Part shown: positions 23,159 through 35,304 of the stretch, one piece after another
Layout of the letters: every line of letters begins with the position of its first letter
How positions within the stretch are numbered: the stretch's first letter is position 1
Assembly (NCBI GenBank): GCA_028534125.1
Contig: CM052817.1
Span: 18,354,001-18,418,000 of the forward strand
Direction of reading: 5' to 3'
From: Lama glama
Taxonomy: Eukaryota
DNA: 64,000 nt
Notes under the pieces: model-generated
What the model was told of the DNA's origin: nothing
What the model saw: the letters and a program-made list of their open reading frames with translations, nothing else
The model's database searches: none
Made by a program: the position numbers and the translations under genes

Positions 23159-24544
23159 CTGGCTCATTCTTCAGGGATAAAAATAAATGGAGACGACGCA
23201 CTTCTAGTCTTTATTGCAGTGGAGGCAGCAGTTGATTAATTAAGTTGTCACCCAACTGTAAACAACCCACGTCAGTTATTTTACAACTTTAATAAAGTTT
23301 TTAGAAATTTACATCAAAATTTTAATCAACATTACATGTATTATTTATAATACCTGGGTGGTATCTCTGTGGTGTGTTTCTAAGCATTGTGCACGGTGCA
23401 GAATTTCAAACTTAATTCTTCATTAAATTTTGATTCCCAAACTTAACTCTGCTAGGTGAGCACAGAGAGGGAGCGGCAACGTCCTCGACCATCTTGGAAA
23501 GGAAAGTGCTCCCCACACTGCGCAGGGCTTCCTGGAGCCTGGGGGGAGGAGCTTCGCAGTTACCCCCCTCCCCCCCACTTCGACGCTTTCTAGTTCCTCC
23601 TGTTGAATTGCTGAGTTGACCAACATTCCTATATACTCAGCAAGGTCCCAGCTGATTGGGGGTAAAAATACTTTACAAAACCCACCAAATGACCTTGGAG
23701 CAAACAGGTTATCCAAAGTCAAAGGATGACGGAGGAGAAACACAGAAAACAGCAAGACGGGTTTGAGGAGGTGGAGGACGAGATTCGACACATAAAAAAT
23801 TCATGCTGAGCCTTTCTAAGCTGCTCACATGAAGAGTGATTAAGGCAAAACTAATGTCTTCCAGTCATTTAGAGGAGGGAAGACATACTTTTTAGAGCAG
23901 ACTTTAATTTTATTCTTAGAATTTATGTGAAGGGAAAGAAACACGGGAGGGAAATGCAATTAAAATCAAATTTTTGTTCGACATGTGCTGTTTAGATTGG
24001 CACTCACATTAATTCAAAGAACGGGAAGATTATCATCAAATATTTAGCATCCTTTTGTGTGAATATAGCAAGTTCAGTAAACACGGTCTCTAACTTTTCA
24101 GAGTTATCTTCCTAAGGCAGAATTAAGATATGGTGTGCAGAAATATGACCATTTAGAGACAGGGACAGTATTCTCTGTGTCTTGAGATAAGCAGAATAAA
24201 CAAACCTCTTCTTATGCAGGAAGAAAAGCAGAACTTTCAAAGCCTTGAATGTATCACAAGCACGTTTCCTGTGGGATAATTGTTCTGTTCATTTTAAAAT
24301 AGCTTTGGAATGACTAAGTCTCCTTTGCAAAGATTATTGACACCTTGGAAAATATTGAAGAGCCAGAAAAATGTGTCAAGTTCACCAATGGGCAAACGGG
24401 TTCACTTTTGGAGTAAATGGTGAGCATTTTTCTTAAAAGAGTGCGACATGAATAATGCTTTTGCTCTTTGTCTAATTTAACTGATTAGTAACCACCAAAT
24501 GCTCTAAGGGTAGAACAGTTCCTTCAAATTTCCCCTGAGGATGT

Positions 24545-24770
24545 GGCCCGTACACTGGCAGCTGGTGGGCCACATGGCCCTGGAGATATATTTTGTTTGG
24601 CTTATAAAGGGCTCTTGTTGATTTTCCTTTGAGACAAACCAACATTTAAAAATTGGGAAATATTATCCAAATACCTAGATTTATGCTTCCTCTTGAAAAA
24701 ATGTGGTCTGACCATATTTTCACACAGGTACAGTCAGACGGAGTTAAGAAATGTCTGCCTTTTTCGATAC
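24545..24770 (+). mobile_element. hAT-Charlie MER102-like element
   Basis: ACTGGCAGCTGGTGGGCCACATGGCCC...TTTTGTTTGGC...TTTAAAAATTGGGAAAT...GCTTCCTCTTGAAAAAAT. Confidence 0.7.
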
Positions 24771-26324
24771 CTAAGTTCTTCAGTTTCCTGGTATTTCTGA
24801 AGATTTTAATCATTTTTCCTCTTCTACGAAGCCTTTGGAGACCTTTTTCCCCTTCCTAATTACATCCTCATCTCCATAAAATTTCAGTACCATGGATATG
24901 CTGTGTATCTGGTTCACATACTGTGGCCCTTTGGAGGACCACAAACCACTGTAATACCTAAGGATTTTGTGTTCTCAAGGACCAATTTTTGTTCCCTTGG
25001 GAATGGCATCATCCCAAGGAGAACACATGCTGCTCTAAACCCTACAGTTCTTCAGTGTGGAGCCTGAATGTGTTTTGTGGGACTGAAAATAAAATGCACA
25101 TGACAAAATCGGAAACCGTCAGTCCTGCACCTCCTCTACTCTGCTCCTTTATGTGCCTGGCCCATGTGCACATTTATGTTTGAAGTCTCTGATCTATTTG
25201 GAATAAAAATAAATAATCTCTGAGACCTCGAAGGGCTTTGAAAGCGGCCACTTGTCTGGGATGCCTGAGCTGGCTATGAGCTTCTGCGCTGAGCTGTGGA
25301 GCGGCCATTTTCGTCAGCGATTTCCTAGATGAATGCAAGATGGGTGCTTTTTCAATCCTGAAAAGAGATCATTGAGGATGGGTTCTGGTCTTGAGCTAGT
25401 AAACTTCTTCATTTAACTGACAAGGTGTTTGTGCTTAACAAATATTTGGTGAAACTTTCTCTAATGCGCGTTCATGACACCAATGAAACATTTCATCATG
25501 ATCCGAGCACAGTGATGAATTTGATCGTGAGAGTGTTCTTCCGGTTCTCCAGTTCTAACCATTGGATGTTTGCTAAAAGTTATTGAGTGACTTAAAATAA
25601 CTAACATTTAAATGCTGAAAATAGAAGCATCAGCAGAAGTTGGAGAGAATCTACTAATTCACTGATCTTTGGTGAAGGTTACTAGGTCGATGCAATTCGT
25701 CTGTGATGTGCTTCCTTGCAAATGAAGCTTGTAAGTTTATGGGACAGAACAAGAAGATACATAGCAGTAGAATGCTAGCAGTAGGAATTTAGGTGTTAGG
25801 AAGAAGTATCTTTCGACTTCATGAAAGTGTGGGTAGTGTTCAGCTGTTAGGGTTCATTTGGTAAGTAGGAGACAGGCTAGATCAGAGGACTGGTGCTGAG
25901 TTGAATGCATAATGCCCAGCAAGGGGCTTGCGTTAACCATACTGATTCTTGGACCCTGCTTTTGTAGGTTCTGACTCTGGGGTCAGGTAGGTCCATAACC
26001 ACTGGAATAGAAATCACTGGGCTAGGTGAACTCTTGCGATTCTAAGCATCAGCTCCTGAAGAACATATTTCAGGACCTGAAAGATTAATCCAGCTGGAAA
26101 TTCATCAGGTTTGTAAACTAGCTGAATACCTTGTACCAGCTGGGACCTGGTACCAGAATATTTTGACGCTTAGTAATGTGTAAAAAGAGGTAAGCGATGC
26201 TACTTGGGGAGAGTTTTTTTCTGTCTGTGTATATACTACAAGTTATGGAAGTATAGGTGGCAGAACAATTCTCAGCTTTGACTAGAATAAGTATAGGTTA
26301 ACTGCTATTACAATTAAATACTAT

Positions 26325-26829
26325 GGCTTGTTTAGTTGCTAGGGGCAGAAAATTAATTCCAATGACTTAAGCCAAAAGGGGAATTGTTAGTTCCCCTTTT
26401 TGGAAAGGAGAGGTTTGGATCCAGGTATTGAATAGGTTCTGTCTTTCTATTCTTCAGTTCTGCTTTCTTTAGCAATGGCTTCATTCTCAGGTTTGGGTCC
26501 TCCAGCAGCTCTGGCGTGACAAATCTATTGGCTTGCAAACTCTAGGGCACAGAGAGTTTCTCCTTCTCTAGGAGGCCGACAAAAGGGCCAGAGCAGGTTC
26601 TCAGTGGCTTGCCTGGGTCATGTGATGGTTCCAGGAAAAAATCACTGTGGCCAGGAAATCTGACTTCTTGAGTCGTACATCCATTCTCATGGTTTGGGGC
26701 TTGTGTCAGCTCAACCTGAAACCCATGGGATTAGGACAGAGATTGTTCTTCAAATGAAAATAGGGCACGGTTGCCAAAAGTAGAGGAAATGACTGCTGAG
26801 CAAACCAACTCCATAGATGTTCACCACAG
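26325..26829 (-). mobile_element. MaLR solo LTR (MLT1K-like, old)
   Basis: GACTTAAGCCAAAAGGGGAATT...GGATCCAGG...GGCTTCATTCTCAGG...AATCACTGTGGCCAGG...AGATGTTCACCACA. Confidence 0.75.
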
Positions 26830-29800
26830 ACACCTTAAAATAGTAGCCAATATCATCACCTGTGAGTTTTCTGAGGTTAAAATCTACCATTATTTCTAAG
26901 AGAACTTATTAATATATGGGTGGTAAGACTGTTTTTCATCTCCTTTAATTGTCGTTCATGAAAGAGAATTTCAGAATCCTGGCTTTATTCAAGGAAAACA
27001 AAATTTTCCTGTTCCAAACCATGATCAAACTTACCCTAGGAAACTGAGTTTTTGTCTGAAAACATTTTTTCCATCATCTTATTGGTGATATCTGAGTTAG
27101 AATGAAAAGAGAATCTTTCTCTACTTGCAAGATGATCGGTGTAAGACCTGAGAAATCTGACCTTTAAAGCAAATCAGGACCTGAGAGGTCAAGAATGTCA
27201 CATCCTAGAAGATATTTGATGAAGCCAAGAAGGGATGACTGGACACATCCTAAAAACTCTGGAAAGAGAAATAATAAAATAACAGATGGTCGTCTATTCA
27301 AAGAGATGAGGAGGGACAACAGTGAGAGAGAAAGTTTTTCTGGACAACTTTTTATATTTTAATGTTATATATTTTTATATTTTCAGTGTTTTAGTCGTTC
27401 TGAACTATTTAAGATTTATATGTAAAAAATAAAAAGTTGTTGGTCCATGACAAAAAAAGTCCTTCAAGTCGTCACAGAAGCAAAATGTGACCTATTGCCC
27501 CTCTCTGTTGATTCTGATCATGCCTCTGTCTGCTTCCTGGGCAAGCCGTCATTTTCCTGAAACTTCAGAGTGAGCCTCTTCTGCTGGGGATACACCAGAA
27601 ACTTCCAAGTCAGCCTTTCCAGGTGTAAATTTTCAACTCCTCAGTGATGATGCTTTTCTCATGGAAAAGAGACTGCACAGAAGCTTCACTAGCAAGCCAA
27701 TGAGATGCTCGAAGCAAAGAAGAGAAAAATGACACTGCTTAGTGGGGAGGTCATAAAACTGGCCTCAGAAGGTTTTCTGTTAAAAACCTGAGGAATTTCT
27801 TAGTTTACAGCCATCTTTGCCTTCACTTACACATGGAATTCTTTCTCTCCCATGTGAATTTCTCCTGAATATAAATTAAAATAGATAAAACTGCCAGAGC
27901 ATTGCTCTTATAGACTCTATATGGGGAAATGCTGTTTCAAAAAAGATTTTGGGAGAACTGATGCTATAGGAATGTCAGCACCCCTGAAGGGCTAGCTTTC
28001 CAGTTATGCAGAAACTTGACCAAACATAAGGATGCATTTGGGCTGATTACAGGAAACAGGCGTTGCTAGCTGGAGGGGTGGATCCGGTGGTTTCTTCAGC
28101 TTCCTCAGATGTCTCCTGCATTTGAGTCCCGGCATTTTAATGTTCTCCTTCACTTTCCCCTGATATCATTTCCTCACCATAATGCAAATTGATGAATAAA
28201 ACTAAATCGATACGGTGGAAGAAGCAATATAAACCTCCACCCAAATTAAATCCGTCTCTGAAAAAGATATTTTGAAGAGGAGGGACCGGCCAGCTCTGAA
28301 ATCTTCTTGGAGTTGTGCTGATAAAGGATTGAGTTCACCTTGCTTTACCTTTTCGAAACCCGAAGACGGCCTCGTGCCTGAGAAGTCGTATCTAATTTTA
28401 TTTTCTATTCAGAGCTGCTACCTCCTCCTCCCTGCCTTGATTTTGCAGGGTCTCTGTTGATCTGGCACGAGTGTGCAGGTCTTTTTTTTTTTTTTTTAAA
28501 TGATGTTATCTGTTTACTATTCAAATGCAATTTTAAGTGGTTTGGCTCAGCACATTTGAATCAAAAATCCTATTAAAGATGCAATATTCCTCTGCTACCA
28601 TTTTGCCGAGCGCATTCACGCAGCATCCCTTTCTGAATCGGAATATAATACTGTATACCTGCTCCGGGTGATGTGATTTCCAGCATTGAATCTGCAGTCC
28701 TGAAACAGGCTGTTCACCTTCCTATCAAGGAAATTTGCTATTCATGCATAATTTTCTCCCCTACATTTACAAAATACATTAGTAGCCACGTGACCTTGCC
28801 CTTGCTCTGCTCTGTAGCCTTTTCATTTGAAATCTTTCAACTTATTATTTTTGCTCCTACCATCTGATAGAAATCATGGAATTGCTGAGTTAAGATAAAC
28901 ACCCTCTGTTCCTTTCTTTCTTTTTTTTTCTAAGCATGCTTGGGCATGGCAGGAATGAAGGAAAAGGGATAAAGAAAGAGTAATTGGATCATTTCTCTTA
29001 AAGCAAAAAGTTCTGACCACCAGATTGATGAGAAGCATGTTTAATTCTAAATATTTTGCATCTACTTAACTGCCTAATTGCATGGGTAAATGAGCTGTAA
29101 GAGGGAGAGCGCAGCTGAAACCTCTGATCGATTTCAGCCAGTTTGAAAACACTGCCGGAAACACGAGAGGCTGCGTTTCTCCTCTGGTAAATTTTAAACT
29201 TCTTCAGAGGGCACTGTTTATGAAACAAGGCAGACTTTCCGCTCGGGCAGCCTTTTCCAATTACAGAGCCTTCCCTGCAGTATCTGGAGACGGAATCAGA
29301 GACCACATGTGAGTTCCGGGCTGCACCAAGCAGTCCAAAGCCAGCATGTCCAACACCCAGCCTCCGTTTCTCAGTGGGCTGCAGCCTAGGGTTGTTTCCA
29401 AGTGCATTTGACATATTTTCTGTGTGGTGAATATGTGGGAGCAGGTTGCCTGCAATAATTGGCCAGCTGGGATTGCCTGTGTGAAGCTCTTGAAACTCAC
29501 CAGCATCAATTGCATCAATTGAAATCGTTGTGTTGTTGTCACTCACAAAGTCCGTCTGTGTGTACACGTGTGTGCATGTATGCTCATATTCATGCACGTA
29601 CATCCATGGCTCTTCAGGATGGTTGTTTTTTTTTTTTTAAAGAATTGCTGATTGTTTAGAAGTCTGGGACTAAATCATAATGGCACGTTCATTAGGGAAA
29701 GAAAATCTACCTGGATTGCCTTGGAAGGTGGCTAATGTGGTCTAGGCTGTTGGTGGGGATATTCAACATCCTTTAGGTAGTAGCTAGGAAATCCCAGTTG

Positions 29801-29924
29801 TGATAATTATGAGCAAAACAAACACAATAATATCATATAACAATAGTAATAACAAAAACAACAACAGTGCAATGTATTGGGTATGATCTGTGCCAAGCTT
29901 TACTGAGCTAACTTTCATGCAATA

Positions 29925-30680
29925 GTGACAGCATGAGTTCTAGAGCCAGACTTTGAATTTGAATCTTGTCTCAATCACTTACTAGTTTTTTGACACATCA
30001 GTTAACTTCTTCGTGCCTCAGTTGTATCAACTGCAAAATGGGAATAATAATTATAGCTAACTCTACCAGATTATCTGTTGTCAGCTTGCTGCATGTGTAC
30101 CATCTCTAAGTTTCCTGTGCATTGTGAAGGAGCCAGGAACTGCCGTTCCTAGGGCATCCTTTCCTGTGTGGCTTTGGGTACAGTCCGCTAAGGAGAAGAG
30201 CTGGTGTGAGACTTTCCTCACAGAAGAGGAGTGGCCATTATGTCCCAAAGGAGGTAGTAACAGGCAGATGGGTGGGCAGGAAGATGTGCGGTTCAAAGTG
30301 GCTTTCAGGTGGGTCTATGGAGAATCACCTGTCTCAGAGCTGCTGGCCCAGGGCCATAGTGAGAGCGTCCCAGAGGTCCTTAGGACATGCAGTGGTCTCA
30401 GGATGGATGTGGAGCCTATTTGCATAGATGAAGCAGGTTCTGGTGGCTCCCCTGAAATCCGTTGTCCAGCCTTTCTGAAAGACTGTGGAAGCGCCTGAAG
30501 TGCCCTGCATTGGAATTACTGTTGCTGGAACATTCAAGGCAGCTTCTGTTTTCCTGACCAAATGTTGGCCAGCTGACACACTGTCTCATAGGGTTGTTGT
30601 AAAACTGTTATGGGTTAAAACAAGTGCTTGGATTAGTGCTTTCCACTGGGGAATCACCTTACAAACAGTAAGTGCCTGCT
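29925..30680 (+). mobile_element. MIR SINE split by an LTR (halves at about 29925-30075 and 30581-30680)
   Basis: TTCTAGAGCCAGACTTTGAATTTGAATC...AAAATGGGAATAATAAT | LTR | TCTCATAGGGTTGTTGTAA...AGTAAGTGCC. Confidence 0.75.
30079..30580 (+). mobile_element. ERVL solo LTR (LTR33-like)
   Basis: Starts TGTCAG; ends GCTTCTGTTTTCCTGACCAAATGTTGGCCAGCTGACACA, a typical LTR33 3' end. Confidence 0.7.
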
Positions 30681-31399
30681 GTTTACGTCCTCAACTCAAC
30701 CCCAAGAAATGGCGGTGGGTAGGAAGTGTTTAAGAGAATAAGTTCTAGAGTGAGTGTGACCAGATTTGGAATGCCCAGTCATTCAGAGAAGGGCTCAAGA
30801 CACTGGACAGATGTACCTACACTGGGGACAGAAGTACCACTTGCTTCATATGACTGTTAAGATCAAGAGAGCTAATAACACACACAACAGAAGTGTTTGC
30901 CACAGGCTAAGCCCTTATTGGTAAGAGTATGTACTGACAACTTGTCCAGAAGATTGGGTTCTTGGAGATTAGGGCTCCATGAACCTTCCTGGAGTTGTCC
31001 GGGAGACTGGGGACTAGCTTTTGTAGACCATGCCTGGGTTTCCTGTAAGTTCAACCACCGTTGCTGCTGTGATCTTCATCTGGCCTCCAGTCTTCCTTGG
31101 CCACCTGATCCTCTTTGCTGGGCCTCCCTGCTGTTGAGCGGCCTGTTTGGATTGCCTTCATGATCTGACATGCATGCCCCAAATTCAGGGCTCTGCTGGC
31201 CCCTGAACATCCTCCGGGTCATCTTTGGTACGCTAAGATTGGCCAGAGGACTGAGAAAGACTTTTTCTCTCCCATTGACTCATCACTGCCCCATGTAAAT
31301 CCTTCAGGAGAAATAGTTGTACTGAATAAAATGAGTGAAGTGAATCTTTTTCCTTCCTGGGCCTTGGGCCCCAGACCCAGATGAGCAACTCCAGTGAGG

Positions 31400-31730
31400 C
31401 TGGCTGGACCATGAAGAACACGACTTTTTTCTTAAGCTGGATCAGCTCCTGTGGGCCAGGCAATGAGGTAGGCCCAATGCAGACCACTTCAGAGTTTTGG
31501 ATCATTGTAGTCCAATCTGGGGCAAAGGCAAGTACACTTTTTGCATCCTTCATAATGAATCTGCACAAAATGAATCACCACCAAGGCTGATAGAAAAAGA
31601 TGACTGACTTTTGACTGATAAGATATTACACCAGTCTGAAGACTGAATGCAAACTTCAAAAAAGAAGTTTTGACAGTGACCTGGAATATCATCAGATCTC
31701 TTTCTAAAAGCAAAGATAGACATTGACATT
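31400..31730 (-). mobile_element. Possible ancient hAT (Tip100-like) transposase 3' remnant
   Basis: Minus-strand frame LMIFQVTVKTSFLKF loosely resembles the hAT dimerisation motif; GGCCCAATGCA end-like motif. Confidence 0.35.
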
Positions 31731-31759
31731 GTGGGACACTGAGAATGAGACAGACACGG

Positions 31760-31930
31760 GTTAACATGCTGGCTTAATGACCTCAATGAGTCTGCAAACC
31801 TTTTGACACTTCATATTTCTCATCTATGAACATGCAGATGATTATATTTATCTTCTAGAATTGTGGTCCTCACTCAAAAGACAATATTTGTGAAAAAGAT
31901 GAGCATAAAATATGTGTTGAATAAATTTGA
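31760..31930 (+). mobile_element. MIR/MIR3 SINE
   Basis: TGACCTCAATGAGTC...TTTCTCATCTATGAACATG...AGAATTGTGG. Confidence 0.55.
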
Positions 31931-33343
31931 TTTCCCCTTCTAGCCCAAGTATCCTCTTTGACAGTAATGGGGAACGTAGGTTTGATTTGAGGATTAACAT
32001 ATGTGAGTATATATGCTTAGAACAGATTGTGGAACATAAGAAATGCTACATGGGTGTTAGCTAAAATAAGCATTTCAGTTTCACCATGGAAAGAGATACA
32101 CATTTGATGATAAGATGTAGACAACTCATAATTACAAATTATAGAGGCTTAAGGATAAGCCTTCCACCTTGACTTGGGTGATAACATCAATAATGGTGGG
32201 CGTGTTTCTAAATTATATTTTTTTCCTAAAAATAGAGAATTGAGTAAATCCTCTTCAAAAGTGGAAACTTTGCAATTAAATTGGAAGGATTTTAGCAAGT
32301 GCCACATTTCTGCCCAAAGGCTTCCTTTGAACCCGGTCAATGGTTTTAAAATTTCATGGGTAGCTGTGGAATTTACATCATGGTATAAAAATTCAAAATG
32401 GTGGCTGGGGCATAGATGATTCTGTGCAAACCTCTGAATTTTTGTCATTCGCAATGGTGACATTTTTCAAGTGACATCCCTGTAAATACTGAATAATAAT
32501 ATGTCCCAGACAGAGCCCTCAGGGGACAGTAGAAGAGAATGAGGATGGAGCAGAATTAAAATTGACAAGAGTGAGAGACGGCATGTAAGATAAATAGCGA
32601 GCACAGCCATGTCAGATGAGCGCCGGCTGCAGAACCGCTCAGATGATGGCATGATTGATGGAATCAGCCGTGGAGGAAATGTCCAGTAATATAGCAAGCC
32701 GATCAGTATTGAGAGATAAATCATCCTGCAGCTGTATGCCACTATCTCAACACTAATGGGGTTGAAAAACAGTGCAGTTTTGCGGGAGGTCCCGAGATCA
32801 TTGTTTTCTAACAACCTGTTCCCGTGACTTGGCAAGGCAGTCACATCAAACTCAGGACAGCACTGCCATGCCACTGTTGTGAGGACTGGGACGAGCAATA
32901 GACCTTCACCATGGAATTGGAATTTCAGCAGTTTTGGGGCTATTTGCCAGGCTAAAGTCAAGAGAGTCTCTTTTGGTTGCAAATAGAATTCATATCCCCA
33001 TGCCAAACTGCCGCCTCACACTCTGGTCTTCCTCGTGAATTTTCACTGGTAATCCCCAGAGGAACATCCTGGCTGTCAGCCCAGAGCACGTCTTCAGGGA
33101 CATCGGGGAAAACTGTTTTTAACGAATGCTGACTGTGACCTAACTTGAGCTAGCAATGATATAGGAAGGAGAAAGAGGGAGAAAGGACACTCATTTATTG
33201 TGTGCCTACTGTGCGTGTGGTTATAATCAAAGAGAACAGTGCTTAACTCATATTAATGTCAGGAATCCCAAAGGATGCCGTCATTGCATAATTAACTGAA
33301 TCTGTGAAGATGCATTAAGTAAAGGCAAAAAGAACTGTCTTCT

Positions 33344-33817
33344 TGTTACTGAATGCAAGTCCGTGTGCCCAGTGCACTGTGAGGCCAAAGAAACTGAAAT
33401 GTTGGAGTCTGGAGCAAAGAAAGGTTTACTGCAGGGCCGAGCAAGGAGGGTGGGGCGGCTCGTGCCCAGGAGAACCCCAAACTCCCTGAAGGGTTTCAGC
33501 AAAGCCTATTTAAAGGTCAGGTAAGGGATGGGGGTCGCAGAGTATGTGATCAGCTCATGCATTTTTCCCTGATTGGTTGGGGTAACAGGGCAGTCAACAC
33601 CGTCAACCCCCAAACGCCAGAAGGTCTGAGGGTCTCATGTTCGTGACCATCAAGTAGTTAATTTCTTCCATTTGGTGGTGGGTTTTAGCATCTGAAAGAC
33701 TCAGAAAACCTACATGAGATACTATTATCTGGGTACGTCAGAGAGGAGCTTCAGTGGAGGATGTGGGAAGGGGGCAGTCTGTCCTGGCAAGGCCCCACGG
33801 GGTCCTGCATAGTTAAA
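33344..33817 (-). mobile_element. ERV1 solo LTR
   Basis: TGTTACTGAATGCAAGTCCGTGTGCCC...GGGGTCCTGCATAGTTAAA; perfect 4-bp TSD TTCT at 33340-33343 and 33818-33821; CCAAT box on the minus strand (ATTGG near 33572). Confidence 0.88.
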
Positions 33818-34219
33818 TTCTGAGCATATGAATTCTCAGCTGGTGACTGTCCTCAAGTAGGGACCGGGAGAGCATTTGTCCACCTTGGAGGAGACATCAT
33901 CAGACAAGAGGAATCTTGAGATGTTTTAAAGCCTGTGATTCTATGCATTGTGGGATATTCTTACATCACTTTTTGTTCACAAACGTTTAAGAGTAAATGC
34001 TGCTCTGAGACATAGAGGTGATCTTAATGACACCTTGTTTCCTATTTTAATCTGAGTGACTGTGTTAGATTAGCCAAAAAACCTGATCTGATAGGATTTG
34101 AAAGAGGTAAAGATGGTGGGTCTGGAACTCACTTTTTCACAACATATTCCTCTAGATTTGCATAGCATTTTTGCCATTTGAAATGCTCTTTATATCTAAG
34201 AATGTGACAGGTACATAGT

Positions 34220-34400
34220 AGGTATGTATGTGTGTTATATATAGCATATAGATATTTTATATATAAATATGTAAATATTTTATATACCTATATATACAAA
34301 TTATAAGGATGGATTTATAAAATAAAATCCATTTATATATAAATCCATATATAAAAAACATAAGGCTGGATAAATGTAAGATTATATACACACACACATA
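34220..34400. repeat. (TA)-rich low-complexity tract
   Basis: Degenerate TATA/ATAAA repeats ending in (CA)n. Confidence 0.8.
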
Positions 34401-35189
34401 AATTTAACAAAAGAGAACAAGCTTACTTTCTCATGACCCTAAGAAGTATGTTGTCTGTCCATTTTATAGATGAGGTCATTAAAGTTCAAGAAAAGCAAGT
34501 CTTTGTATTGGGAACATGCTCCCCTCAACCTATTTTTTTTTTTAACTTGCAATTTTTCCAAAGAAGTGATTTTTCATGTGATGCATGCTCCTTCATCCCT
34601 TCTACAATCTTACCCAAGATACAAAGACACTTAATGGCAACAAAGGTCTTTTTCAGCTTAAATACTTCGAAGTCAGCACTCTGTCTAATCGCTAAAGTAA
34701 CCCAGCTAAATATAATTCTGAACTATATCTTTCCAAAGCAGACTCTAAATTTTCTGCCAGTTTCTGAATAGAACTTTTTCTGTACTGGGCTAAGTTTACC
34801 CAGGCACTGAGGCAAAGAACTCTGATGCTTAATTTAGAGGAGTGGCTTACGTTTAGATTAGATCATTGTAATTGCTGGGATTCTACCAGGACTTCAACTT
34901 GCTGTTATCTTTGTGGACAGAGATTTGCAGGGAGCTCCCTATACCTTTGTAGCATCTTTAGACCCATTATAATCCTAAAAAGATGTTAAATTCACTCTTA
35001 GTATATTAAAGCTGGAAGGTAATCCTTAGAGATAATCTAGTCTTACAACTTTATTCTACAGAAGTGGAAACTGAGGTCTAAAGATTTTTTTTTTAAATTG
35101 TCAAAGCTCACACAAAAGATCAAAGGTCAAGTCTAGCCATTAACAGATGATCTGAAACTCAGACTTACGTCTGGTTCCTGGCCTCATGC

Positions 35190-35304
35190 TAGAGCGGCCA
35201 ACTTATTCCTGCTTGCCCAGGACTTTCCCAGTTTTAAAATGGAAAAGTCCTGTGTACTAGAACCCCCCACAGTCCTGGGCTAGCCAGGATGACTGGTCAC
35301 CCTA
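35190..35304. mobile_element. MER81 (hAT-Blackjack MITE)
   Basis: 115 bp; inverted termini TAGAGCGGCCA / TGGTCACCCTA; internal TTGCCCAGGACTTTCCCAGTTTT; degenerate 8-bp TSD CCTCATGC / CCCTGTGC. Confidence 0.85.

Noticed and set aside
27950..28130. Possible CR1/L3 or amniote SINE remnant
   Set aside because: Similarity is too weak to call by eye.
28998..29603. 201-aa minus-strand ORF
   Set aside because: It starts in a TG/CA low-complexity tract and has no recognisable domain or exon boundaries.
32467..33006. 179-aa minus-strand hydrophobic ORF
   Set aside because: No family resemblance; better explained as the antisense reading of a non-coding element.
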